A DNA stretch of 64,000 bases from Chiloscyllium plagiosum (Eukaryota): the NCBI RefSeq assembly GCF_004010195.1, contig NC_057755.1, positions 5,383,789 to 5,447,788 on the forward strand, in the 5' to 3' direction. Made by a program: the position numbers and the translations under genes. Below the pieces are notes generated by a model. That model saw only the letters and a program-made list of their open reading frames with translations. It was not told the DNA's origin and made no database searches. Of the stretch, positions 1 through 10,689 are shown piece after piece. Position 1 is the first letter of the stretch. Each line of letters starts with the position of its first letter.

Positions 1-114
1 TTATGCCCGAAACGTCGATTCTCCTGTTCCCTGGATGCTGCCTGACCTGCCACGCTTTTCCAGCAACACATTTCCGGCTCTGATCTCCAGCATCTGCCGA
101 CCTCACTTTCTCCC
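1..114 (+). mobile_element. Penelope-derived short repeat (pLTR fragment), cut by the window edge
   Basis: TTATGCCCGAAACGTCGATT...GATGCTGCCTGACCTG...CCAGCATCTGC; same family as 4811-4945, 17599-17663, 56508-56603 and 57944-58073. Confidence 0.6.
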
Positions 115-1130
115 CGAAGTAGGCAAGCATCCCTCATGCTTTCTTCAACAAACTGTCTGCTAATGCTGACATCTTCAGGGATCCATGGACTTGTACACCG
201 AGGTCCCTTTGTTCTTCAGTAATCCCGAAGTATCTATTATTCACGTGCATATTTGTTCCCTTACCTGACGTCCCAGTATGCATCACATTGCACTTATCGG
301 GATTACATTGCATCTGCCTTTGCCCTGCATTGTTTAATCGCTGATTAATATGGACTGTAACTCGAGACCATCATCTTCAGTGTCAACAACACCAGCATTT
401 TTGTGTCATCTTTTAACTTACTGGTAATACCTTCGCCATTGACAGACAAGTGTATTAAAGCTCCAAACATCAGTCCCTGTGGCACACTGTTGGTCACAGG
501 CTTCCAATTACAATAAGAAAGCAACCGCTTCGCCATCATCACACTTTAGTTCCTGTTTGTCAGCCATGTTTGGATTCAGTTTGCCAACTTTCCTTGAACC
601 CCATGAGTGACTACGTTTTGGAGTAGTCTTCCATGGGGGAAATGGTCGAATGCCGTGCTGAAGTCCATGCAAGTCAGATCAACTGTGCTACCCGTATTGA
701 CTGACAGTTGGTTCTGCTATAATGCATGTTTCTTCAACGCGAATTGTCTATGTTGCGATTGAAGAATTTCGACCATTATTTATAGAATGTGAAAAATCCT
801 TTCCTGCATTGGCTATAACACAATAACGGTCCCATTGGTTTACATGGTGCTGCCATTGTATCATTTTCTTATAACACGGGATTGCACAGGAACAGAACTT
901 TTGCATTCTTTTAGAACAAACTGTATTTAGTCTCGTTTTCAATAACCTCAATTCTGTCAGGCAGGATCATACTCCAACAAATGCATGCTGTCTCTCCCTG
1001 ATCAATTCTTTCCTTTCGAATTAATCCTGACATTCAGAACTTTTTCCAATAACTTTCCCACCACTGATGTCAGACTAACTGGTCTGTAATTACCTAACCT
1101 CTCCCCCAATGCCCTTCTTGAACAATTTGC
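115..1130 (-). mobile_element. Degraded CR1 LINE ORF2 (RT) fragment
   Basis: Minus-strand WKPVTNSVPQGLMFG and SKLKDDTK motifs. Confidence 0.7.
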
Positions 1131-1239
1131 AGCTATTAGCGAACACTCTAACTTATGGCATTAATGATTGAGGGAAGGTCAGCTATGCAATCACTAAAAA
1201 TAGGTAGGCCTAGGACACAATTTTGTGGAAATCTGGCAG

Positions 1240-1460
1240 TGAAGTCCTGGAGATTAAATGGCTGATTCCCAGCAACCGCACCAATTTCTGTGTGTGTGGA
1301 GTCACTTGACGTCCAGACCAGCAAGGACAGCAATTGTCTTTCCCTAAATAGCATTAGCAAACCACATAGTCGCTATGACAATTGACAATGGTTTCATGGT
1401 CCACATTTGAGACACAATTCCATAGATTTAAGGAATTGAAGTTCGTTCATGATAGGATTT
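1240..1460 (-). mobile_element. Deu-domain SINE-like fragment (SacSINE1-like)
   Basis: GGAGTCAC...CAGACCAGCAAGGACAGCA...TTCCCTAAA pattern shared with 36230-36590 and, in reverse, 31040-31310. Confidence 0.45.
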
Positions 1461-1927
1461 GACAAGGGTCCTCCCAATACTTCTGACGTTTTGGAATAAG
1501 AGCCAATTCAATATATGCTTTCCTGGCCGATTTCGAATCCAATGAGATATTTCTGATCCAATTACTCAATAAAGATTTACGTTTTCTAACTATCTTTCAG
1601 TGAAATATTATTTTGTTTCTATTTGAGCCCTAAAATGGGAATACAGTCAGACGAAGTGAGAGCAGTCATCTATATTAGTTTTAATTAACCATCAACAAAA
1701 CAATTTGCTTCTAATCAAGACGGCTTAGTGTGTTTGTTCAGTGGGAAGTTTGAAGGAACTAAGGATGAGCAGAGGGCATTGTTTTCCCATGCAAAGGAAG
1801 GTTATAAGTAGAAAGGAAGAAGAATGCTTTACGTGTGTGTGTGTTTTTCAAGAATACTGAAGATGTTCTTCTGCATTATATGTGTTTCATTAAGAACTCT
1901 TTCGTTCTCAGGGGGTGGTGTTCGGAG

Positions 1928-2203
1928 ACATGGTGGCTCAGTGGTTAGCCGTGCAGCCCCACAGTACCAGGGACCCGGGTTTGGTTCCAGCCTCAGGTGA
2001 CTCTCTGTGTGGTGTTTGCACATTCTCCCCACGTCTGTGATGATTTCCTACCCCACTCTCAAGATATGCAGGTCAGGTGAATTGGTCATGCTAAATTGCC
2101 CATAATGTCAGGTGCATTATTCATAGGTATAGATAGGGTCAGAGAAAGTCTCCGGTTGAGTTATTCTTTGGAGGGTTTGTTTCCACACCGTAAGGATTCT
2201 ATG
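1928..2203 (+). mobile_element. tRNA-derived V-SINE (HE1-like)
   Basis: A box TGGCTCAGTGGTTAG, B-box-like GGGTTTGGTTCC, V-domain TGTGTGGTGTTTGCACATTCTCCCC...GGTCAGGTGAATTGG. Confidence 0.8.
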
Positions 2204-2629
2204 GTATTCAATTAGTATGAAAGGACTTTGGAGTGTACTTATCTGAAAAAAAGAAAAGAATTCTGGTATCAAGGTTCATGGAACATGCTTTGTCCTTCCA
2301 CAGCAATGTTGTTCACACGATTGGGACGGAAAAATTAAATAAAAAAACCTCACTTGGCCTCTCTTGAGTGGATTTATATACTGAACCAAGCAGGTATTGT
2401 CAGTATTTACGAGTGTAAAAGTGGAGAAATTCTGAATTGTGGAAGAGCTGCAACCAAAGAGACAAAGTAGGAAATTACACGATCTCCCACGCAAACATTC
2501 TTTCCTCTCTGGCCATGGGGAGCTACCAGAAAACTGCAGGACAGCTGATGTATTTAAAATTTTCAAGATGAGTAGCACATACAGAGCAGAAATAACAGAC
2601 CAGTGAGTGTCACATCAGCAGAAAATAGC

Positions 2630-3870
2630 CAATAGGTGCAGGAGTAGGCTATTCTGCCCTTCGAGCCTGCACCACCATTCAATATGATCATGGCTGATCA
2701 TCATTAATCAGTATCCTGTTCCTGCCTTATCTCCATAACCCTTGATTCCACAATCCTTGAGAGCTCTATCCAACCCTTTCTTAAATGAATCCAAAGATGG
2801 GCATCGACTGACATCCCTTCCCAGCTTTCTAAACTCAAAGATATACAAGCCCAGTCGCTCCAGTCTTTCAGTGTAAGGTAATCCCACCATTCCAGGAATT
2901 GACCTCATGAATCGACGCTACACTCCCTCAATAGCGAAAATGACTTTCCTCAAATTTGGAGATTAGAACTGCACACAGTACTCCAGGTGTGGTCTCACCA
3001 GGGCCCTGTACAGCTGCAGAAGGACCTATTTGCTTCTATACTCAATCCCTCTTGTTATGACGGCCAGCATGCTATTAGCCTTCTTCACTACCTGCTGTAC
3101 CTGCATGCTTACCTTCATTGACTGTTGTACAAGAACTTCCCAGATCTCCCTGTACTGCCCCTTTACCTAAATTGATTCAATTTAGGTAGTAATCTGCCTT
3201 CCAGTTCTTGCCACCAAAGGGGATAATCATACATTTATCCACATTAAACAGCATCTGTCATGCATCTGACCACTCACCTAACTTGCCCAGGTCACTCTGT
3301 AATCTCCTAAGATCCTCATCACATTTCACCCTGCCACCCAGCTTTGTATCATCAGCAAATTTGCTAATGTTATTACTAATACCATCTTCGATATCATTAA
3401 CATATATTGTAAAAAGCTGCGGTCCCAGTACTGATCCCTGCGATACCCCACTGTTCACTACCTGCCATTCCGAAATGGAGCCGTTTATCACTACCCTTTG
3501 TTTCCTATCAGCCAACCAACTTTCAATCCAAGTTAGTACTTTGCCCCCAATACCATGCGTCCTAACTTTGCTCACTATCCTCCTATGTTGGACTTTATCA
3601 AAAGCTTTCTGAAAGTCCAGGTACACTACATCTACTGGATCTCCCTCGTCCATCTTCAGAGTTACATCCTCAATAAAATCCAGAAGATTAGTCAAGCATG
3701 ATTTCCCCTTCATAAATCCATGCTGACTCTGACTTATCCTGTTACTACTATCCAGATGTGTCGTAATTTCATCCCTTATAATAGATTCCAGCATCTTTAC
3801 CACCACTGAGGTCAGACTAACTGGTCTATAATTTCCTGCTTTCTCTCTCCCACCTTTCTTAAAAAGCAGT
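2630..3870 (-). mobile_element. CR1 LINE 3' part (RT domain and 3'UTR)
   Basis: ORF 3258-3980: NYRPVSLTSVV, QHGFMKGKSCLTNL, YLDFQKAFDKV, QGSVLGP, KFADDTKL; ORF 2708-2908 is the CR1 C-terminus. Confidence 0.92.
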
Positions 3871-4285
3871 AAGGAAACTACTGGAGAACAGTCTGAAGGA
3901 GGATTTAATCTGCCTTTGAGAAGTGAATTTTGTTCATGGATAGTCAGCATGTCTTTGTCAGAGGGGGACATGCCTAACAATGGTGGGTTTTATGAAGCAG
4001 TCGCCATGTATTTAGATCGGGAGACGGCAATCAATGTTGTTTATGCACATTCTAGCAAAGCCTTGTTCAATATCCCACAGGGCGATTAGTAATGAGCGTA
4101 AAATCACATGGTATTCAGAGTAACTTGGTAAGTTGACTCCAAAATTGGCTCATTCGGAGGAGACAGAGTTTGTTAATAGAAGGCTGCTTCTGTGACTGGA
4201 GGCTGGTGTCTAGTGGGGTACATAGGTGTTCCTGTGTGGTGCCCTGTCTGGTGCGCTATTGTTTGTGATATTCATCAATGACATA

Positions 4286-4503
4286 GGTGTGTATGTTTGT
4301 GTATCTGTGTGTGTGTGTCTGTGTGTCTGTGTGTAATGCTGTGTGTGTGTGTGTGTTTGAGACACCAAGCGTGTTCATTATGTGTGTGCGTGTGTGTGTG
4401 TGTGAGTTTGTGTGTGTGTGTGTTTGAAAGACCGTGCCTATTTCTGTGCGTGTGTGTGTGTGTGTGTGTGTGGGTGTGTGAATGTGTGTGTCTGTGTCTC
4501 TGT
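4286..4503. repeat. (TG)n microsatellite
   Basis: Directly visible imperfect dinucleotide array. Confidence 0.95.
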
Positions 4504-4810
4504 TGTGGGAGGCAGGAGGAGAACTTGGGAATGACAAGTTTGCAGATGACACAAATAGTGACAGGGTGGCTGGCAATGATGGAAGGAAAGTCTTAGGCTT
4601 CAGATATAAATAGACAGATTGAACAGTTGGGCAGCTACAATATAACCCTGATAAACGTGAGGTGCTACACTTTCGCAGAAGTCACGAGACAACGGAGTAT
4701 ATTCAATGAATGCTAGAACATAAGGAAGGTCAGAGGAACAGAAAGACCTCGAGGTGCTTATTAACAGGACCTTGAAGACAGCAAGTCAGATTAATAGGAG
4801 AGTTAAGAAG

Positions 4811-4945
4811 GTAGGTGAAAGTGAGGAATGCAGGTGCTGGAGATCAGAAACAAGATTCGAGTGGTGTGGGTTCCTGATGAAAGGCTCCTATCTGAAAAGT
4901 CAATTTTCCTGCTCCTTGGATGCTGGCAGATCTACTGTGCTTTTC
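4811..4945. mobile_element. Penelope-derived short element with two oppositely oriented pLTR pieces and a degenerate hammerhead motif
   Basis: GTGAAAGTGAGG..GCTGGAGATCAG arm followed by an opposite-sense TTCCTGATGAAAGGCTCCTATCTGAAAAGTC arm. Confidence 0.55.
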
Positions 4946-6094
4946 CTGAGCTACTGAAAATTAGGAAGGTATACAGGGCACGTGCCTTCACAATTCCAGG
5001 TATCGATTACAAGAGCTGGTTCGGGGGGGTGGGGGGTATCCTGTTGGAGCTGTGCAGGCTTCCATTAGGCCACAGTTGGAGTATTCTGTGCAGTTCTGGT
5101 CACTGCACCACAGAATATGATTGTACCTGGAGGGCGTGCAGAGAAGATTCAACAGGATGGTGCTCAGCATGTGGCAATTTTGAGAGGCTGGATAAGCTCA
5201 GTTTGCCTTCTTGAGAACAGAGATCAGAGGTATACAAGACTCTGAGGAGAGTGGATAGAGTGAATAGAATGCTGTTGTTCCTTTTAGTCTTAGAACTCAT
5301 GACAAATTGGCATTAATTTGAAGCCGACAGGTAAGAGGTTCAGAGGGACATTAGGAAAATTCTTCTCACCTATACGGCGGTATGTGACTGAAATGCACTG
5401 CCTGGGACGGTAGTTGAGACGGGAAAGCTCGCAACCTTTAAAAGGTACTTGGATGAGAAATTGAAATTTCATAACATGGCCATGGGCCAAGAGCTGGAAA
5501 GTGGGACGATTGGAGATGTCGTGTAATTTTGGCGAGAGAAACAGGATGGTCCTGTGTCTCTTCTGTTTTCTAATTCTGTCATTCTAGAATTCAGAGATTA
5601 ATAGTATGATTTAACTTTATTTTGTATTGCTTTTGAGAAACTACAACCCAGTGCAAGTTCGAGCTGTTATTCTGGTCAATATCAGCGTCAGGTTCTGTAT
5701 TAGAGTGCTCATTCACAGACATAATTTCCCAAATGAGTTGTAAAACCGAATTAATAAGGGTAACAGTGGTGTGTACGCAGGAGAACAGCTCTCAAGAAGT
5801 TCAACAACACGAGGTACTGAATGACTGAGTAGCCTCAGCAAAATAAGTGGCATCAATGAAAAGAATATCAAAATGTGTTTAGATGTTGATGGGACTGGTA
5901 GTGAGTGAAATTACACAAGTGTTGGTAATTGACAAAAAATTGCAATTCACATTTGATACCTGGGAGGATCAAAGTAATCCAGTCTTTGGGGTATTCATCA
6001 CGGTCTCAAAGCTCAATGATATCACATCATTAAAATGGATTGTTGTTGTCATATGTTTATTCAAAATGCTGTAAAAACTGAAGGTGTAATCACA

Positions 6095-6223
6095 GTTTCC
6101 CAGTGGAGATGGCACACAACATAAAATAAAATCTCTGGGACTGTCTCATCCGCAATTCTAAGAGAATTCTCCAATTCTGACAGGTTGCCAGCAGCAGGAA
6201 GGGAGAGGTTGACAAACAACAAA
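6095..6223 (+). promoter_or_regulatory. Putative core promoter/5'UTR of copy 1 (TATA-like CATAAAATAAAA near 6120; conserved CTGACAGGTTGCCAGCAGCAGGAAGG block)
   Basis: Near-identical blocks occur at the same spacing upstream of the copy 2 ATG (about 28215-28338, TATAAATAAAA near 28232). Confidence 0.45.
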
Positions 6224-6290
6224 ATGCATCTTCTCAGGGAAAGGGTCGAAAAGGTGTATGAGACTATCCTTGCTGTTGTTGGTGTTCCTG
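6224..6290 (+). CDS. GPR139-like orphan class A GPCR, copy 1, coding exon 1 (MHLLRERVEKVYETILAVVGVP + 1 nt)
   Basis: ATG at 6224 and 67 nt ending CCTG|GTAAGT (consensus donor, phase 1). It joins in frame to the acceptor at 8312 and supplies the N-terminus and first half of TM1 that the 8288 ORF lacks. A paralogous exon of identical length lies at 28339-28405. Confidence 0.88.
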
Positions 6291-6665
6291 GTAAGTCTTG
6301 TCATAACTTAACTTGTATAAATCTTTACATTTAATCAGATGTACTTCAGTCTATAATTGATCTACGCGTTTAATTATGCTTCCTTCTATCTGAGACTGTT
6401 AATCCTTTCATTTCCATTTAACAAGATAAATCCCCATGTCAGACAATAGTGGCCCGACTGACGGAGTTTAAAGCAAGTAGTTTGTCAATTACAGGACTCC
6501 TCAGTCGTGTGCAGTATTGTCTGTTGCTCTACACAGTGCTGAATGGATTGACACTGAGGCCACATTGATGAGGTCTAACTGAGCACCAGCACTGACTTCA
6601 TCTAGGAAGGGTCCAGCAAGATCGCGCTCTCTCTCTTTGGTAGCTCAAAGCCTGCTGTCCATCAG

Positions 6666-6776
6666 ATGTACAAAATTAAAAATCACATAGCACCAGGTAA
6701 TAATCCAACAGGTTTATTTAGAAGCACCAGCTATCAGAACGTTGCTCCCTCATCAGGTGTTTGCTCAAATCATCAA
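6666..6776 (-). mobile_element. Penelope pLTR fragment in the intron of copy 1
   Basis: Reverse complement CACCTGATGAGGGAGCAACGTTCTGATAGCTGGTG...AAATAAACCTGTTGGA matches 41041-41160. It is absent at the equivalent position in copy 2. Confidence 0.65.
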
Positions 6777-8312
6777 TCAGGTGGGTTTTCTTCCAAGCCT
6801 ATCTCATCTGGGGTTTCCCATTCATTGATGGAAAAGCATTTTGTTGGTAAATTGTGCTCAGTCAGTTTGCTCCAAGTGGGAGCCCAGGTATACAACGTGG
6901 GCAGTGGATGGAATCAATAGTTCGTTATGTGGTGATAAGTGAGCATCAGCACAGAATGGTTTTACCATCTTGTGTGTTTTCATCAGTCACTGGATGTGTG
7001 TGAGCAGTTGTGATATTTGTGACGACAGATCGTGGTTAGGGATGTTGAGCACAGTGTCAAGTGTAACATTTACGTGCAGTGTTGAAAGCGACATGTCAAT
7101 TTTGTCATTTGTAAGAAGGTGCACAATACTGTGTTGAAGCATTTAGTCGGACCAGCGCTGGAATGTTTTGGCAACACGTTCCCAGAGAGGATCAAGCAAC
7201 TTTGTCCAACAGGTTGTTTCCCACCTTGTCCTTCGTTGCTATTGTTTTTCATGTTCCCCGAATGATAATGGCCCATGTTCAGTTCCGCTGCATTGGCATT
7301 CTTTTGGAATTTTTATTTTGTCTTTCACGATTAATTTACATATATAGCCATTAGTCTCTGATGCCAAACTGTGGCACAATTCTAGTGATCTCTATGGAGA
7401 GTGTTAGTCAATCTATGGGAATTTCTAGACCCAAACAACTCCGAGTCTGCGCTGGGAACCTCTGTTCACAAGGAGATAAGCCTGGGAGTGTGAGCCTGGA
7501 CATCAGGAAGAAATCTTTGTTTGTCTTCAGAAAAAAGTGTCTGACTTCTAAACTAGAAACTTGCAATGACCAATGCTGTGTCAAACCAGATTTTCTTTAA
7601 GTGGTGGCTGTGGGGTACAGTGTTGGACATGTGGGAGGAGTCTGTGCCAAATGTTGAGGATTTCCCCATTATGGTGGGTATCCAACCTGCGACATGGTGT
7701 TTGGATTCACTGCTGAATGTTTCCATGGTTCAAATTATCAGGATGGTGAATCCTTACATGAGAGAGGAACTCAATGGTCGATCATTAATTCATCCATATT
7801 GTGGAGAGTACCAATTCCTGGACACTGTGGAGTAATTCAGTGTTCTGTACTGCTCTTTAAAACGTGGGGAGATAGAATTCCAGGAGGGAAAACTGAATTG
7901 TGGAGGCTCTGACCCCAAATACAGAAACCTTCCACACAATGTCAGTGGTAGATGCTTCCCATTGTTTGTTGAAATGATGCCAGGTGTCTTGGTGTGTATG
8001 TGGTGGTCTTATGGGTGACTCCAGTCAGTCTGAATAATGTATTGAGCAGGTGAAATTAACTGCTTCCAGTTCCAAAAAAAGAAGATAACTGTGTTTCTGC
8101 CAGCAATCCGCTGCTCATGTTCTTTCCTATGTCTTTTAAAAACTGCAAATGATACATTTTGAGAAGATTTCCTGCTGTGGTTCAAAATCTTTCAGGTTTA
8201 TATGACATGGAGTAACAATTATCTTTTTGCCATTACTTACAGTCTGGACCCAGACACGGAGAGTATTCAGTAACTTCAAGACTCTTTTTGCCTTTCTCTC
8301 TCTCTCTTACAG

Positions 8313-9199
8313 TTAGTCTAGTGGTGATTGTAATCATAGCTCGGGGCAAGTGTGGTCTTTCTGCATGCACAACTCGCCATCTGGTTGCCATGGCAGCATC
8401 TGATCTACTGTTCATTGTTGTTAATATCATACTTCGTCGATTTGCGTATTATTATTATCCACAGTGTTTCCTGGACATCACTCCTGTTTGTAGTGTTACC
8501 TATGTCCTGAGCTGCTTGACCATTGATTGCTCTGTCTGGTTCACTGTTGCTTTATCTTTTGATCGATTTGTCGCCATTTCCTTTTATCGGATGAAGTCTC
8601 AGTATTGCACAGAGAAAACTGCAACACGTGTTCTCGGAACAATCTGCATTTTCTTTTGTTTAAAGAACATTCCCAACTACTTTCGATTTAAACCTGGAAT
8701 GATCAGCAACAACGTTGCATGGTACTGTTCGACCACATCCAGTTATTATAACGATTCTCTGTGGGCAAGTTTTAAATATTTTGAAAAACTTTTAACACCC
8801 TTTCTCCCATTCATCTTTATTCTGTTAATTAATATTCTGACTGTCAGATATATCTTTGTGGCCGCGAAGATGCGTGAGGGGCTGAGGGGACAGAGAAAAA
8901 TGGAAAATGACCCACAGGCAGAAAGAAGAAAGAAATCTGTGATTATACTCTTTGCTATATCCGCCAGTTTCATACTTCTCTGGCTGGTGTATATATTGTA
9001 TTTCTTTAATGCTATTTTTTCCTTGCATTCTGCTGCACGTGATCTCTTTCGAAAAGTGGCATATATGCTGCAGAAGTTAAGTTGCTGCACAAATGCGTTT
9101 ATTTATATGGTGACCCAGAAAAGGTTCAGAGACCAGTTAAAGTGTGCTGTGAAATATCCAGTTACAAAAATTAATGAATTGATGAATAAATCCAAGTAA
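8313..9199 (+). CDS. GPR139-like orphan class A GPCR, copy 1, coding exon 2 (rest of TM1 to TM7 and C-tail); spliced product 317 aa
   Basis: Polypyrimidine tract and TTACAG acceptor at 8311-8312, then an open frame to TAA at 9197-9199. Contains 7TM hydrophobic segments, RGKCGLS in ICL1, MAASDLL (D2.50), PVCS (C3.25), SFDRFVAI (DRY-like), WYC in ECL2, LTPFLPF (TM5) and CCTNAFIY (NPxxY-like). These match the GPR139/GPR142-like receptors expanded in sharks. Confidence 0.92.
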
Positions 9200-9335
9200 C
9201 TATGGAGTCATCATTAGCTACAGCGGATGATGTAATGAGGAATTCACGTGAGGAAGTGGACTGAAAGGAGGAGGACTTGCAATGTGATCACCCTCCATAT
9301 CTAATGGGCGAAGAATTACTTAATCTGAGTCGCAA

Positions 9336-9704
9336 AATAAAAGAGACGGCAGGAGCAGACCGGTTTAAAGTGCTGTTCACAAGGTGCAACAGTTAGTAGG
9401 AAGCTGAACAACAAAAGCAAAACCACAAAATGAATTATACAGGCACAAAGGTTAACTTCATCCCAAGCCATCCGTTCTCAGTGAGCAAAGCGGTTGCAAG
9501 CAAAAATTACCCAGAGGAAAGCATCATAGTTCGCTGCAGGTCAGAGTGGGAAATACAAACACACGATCCTGTTTGTTCATTCTTAAGGAACTCCATGACC
9601 CATACATCGTGGATAAATTGAAAACAGAAGTTTGTATTCTAAAGAGTAAATATTATCCAGAAATGATTCTGTGACTTGAGTGTAAATTTATTTTCACCAA
9701 TAAA
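9336..9704 (+). terminator. Candidate polyadenylation signals of copy 1 (AATAAA at 9336-9341 and 9699-9704)
   Basis: Canonical hexamers downstream of the stop codon. The second is followed by a T-rich tract. Confidence 0.3.
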
Positions 9705-9924
9705 TTACTTTGTTTCCATTCAATTCACAGATATCAATGGTTCATTTCTTTGTTCATTTCCATGACCCAGCTGATGTAATGGCAGGGGAATACAAACCAA
9801 ACTACAGATACTCCTGGACTCCTTCTCTACACCCTTGCAATGACCCAGCTCCGTCTCTGCACCCTCCCATTGACCCAGTTCCCTCTCTTATTTATGATGC
9901 TTCTTAATGATGCTTCTTATGATG

Positions 9925-10510
9925 CAGAGTCATAGAGACATGCAGCACTGAAATAGACCCTTCGGTCCAACTCGTCTGTGCGACCAGTTACCCCAACCCA
10001 ATCTAGTCCCACCCACCAGCATCCGGCCCACATCCCTCTAAGCCATTCCTATTCATATACACATTCAGATGCCTTTTAAATGCTGTAACTATGCCAAATT
10101 CCAGTACTCTGGCAGTTCATTCCATACACATAACACCCTCTGCGTGAAAAAGTTACCTCTGAGTTCTCTTTTGTATCTTTCCCCTCTCACCCTAGACCTA
10201 TGCCCTCTCGTTCTGGATTACCCCACCTCAGGTAAAAGACCTTGTATATTTACCGTATCCATGACCCTCATGAGTTTGTAAACCTCTGTCAGGTCCTCAG
10301 CCTCTGACGCTACACGGAACACAGCCCCAACTCTCCCTGTAGCTCAAATCGTGCAACCCTGACAATATCCTTGTAAATCTTTTCTGAACCATTTCAAGGT
10401 TCACAATATCGTTCCGATAGAAGGAGAACAGAATTGCACGCAATGTTACAAAAGTAGTCTAACCAATGTCCTGTACAGTCACAACATGACCTCCCAACTC
10501 TTGTACTCAA
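9925..10510 (-). mobile_element. CR1 3' end fragment
   Basis: Reverse complement of the same 3'UTR and C-terminal sequence seen at 45000-45660. Confidence 0.8.
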
Positions 10511-10689
10511 TTGCAGGAAGATAAAGTGGATAGTGAATGAAAAGATACCTAACTGGCCAGTTGGAGGAATAATGTATGTGATAAGGTGGTAGATGCATGT
10601 AAGGCTGACTGTGGAAGGTGAAAAATAAAACAGGAAAAAGATATAAAGTATAGAGAAACTAAGGCTGAGAAAGATACTCCTTGCTCGCC

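Larger units (their letters stand above)
3990..5520 (+). mobile_element. Old CR1 3' fragment, interrupted by a TG microsatellite and a Penelope-derived repeat
   Basis: Degenerate KFADDT and CR1 C-terminal motifs. A homologous copy at about 26790-27680 precedes gene copy 2. Confidence 0.7.

Noticed and set aside
1928..2000. tRNA-like A and B boxes here and near 31070
   Set aside because: They are SINE heads followed by SINE body sequence, not complete cloverleaf tRNA genes.
4256..4596. His/Thr-rich and Cys/Val-rich ORFs
   Set aside because: Translations of the (TG)n microsatellite.
8288..8312. ORF-track N-terminus MPFSLSLT starting at TTG
   Set aside because: It is the intron polypyrimidine tract and acceptor; the real N-terminus is exon 1 at 6224.
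8233..9090. Antisense ORFs (65, 114 and 67 aa) over the receptor
   Set aside because: Shadow frames of the GPCR exon with no independent motifs.
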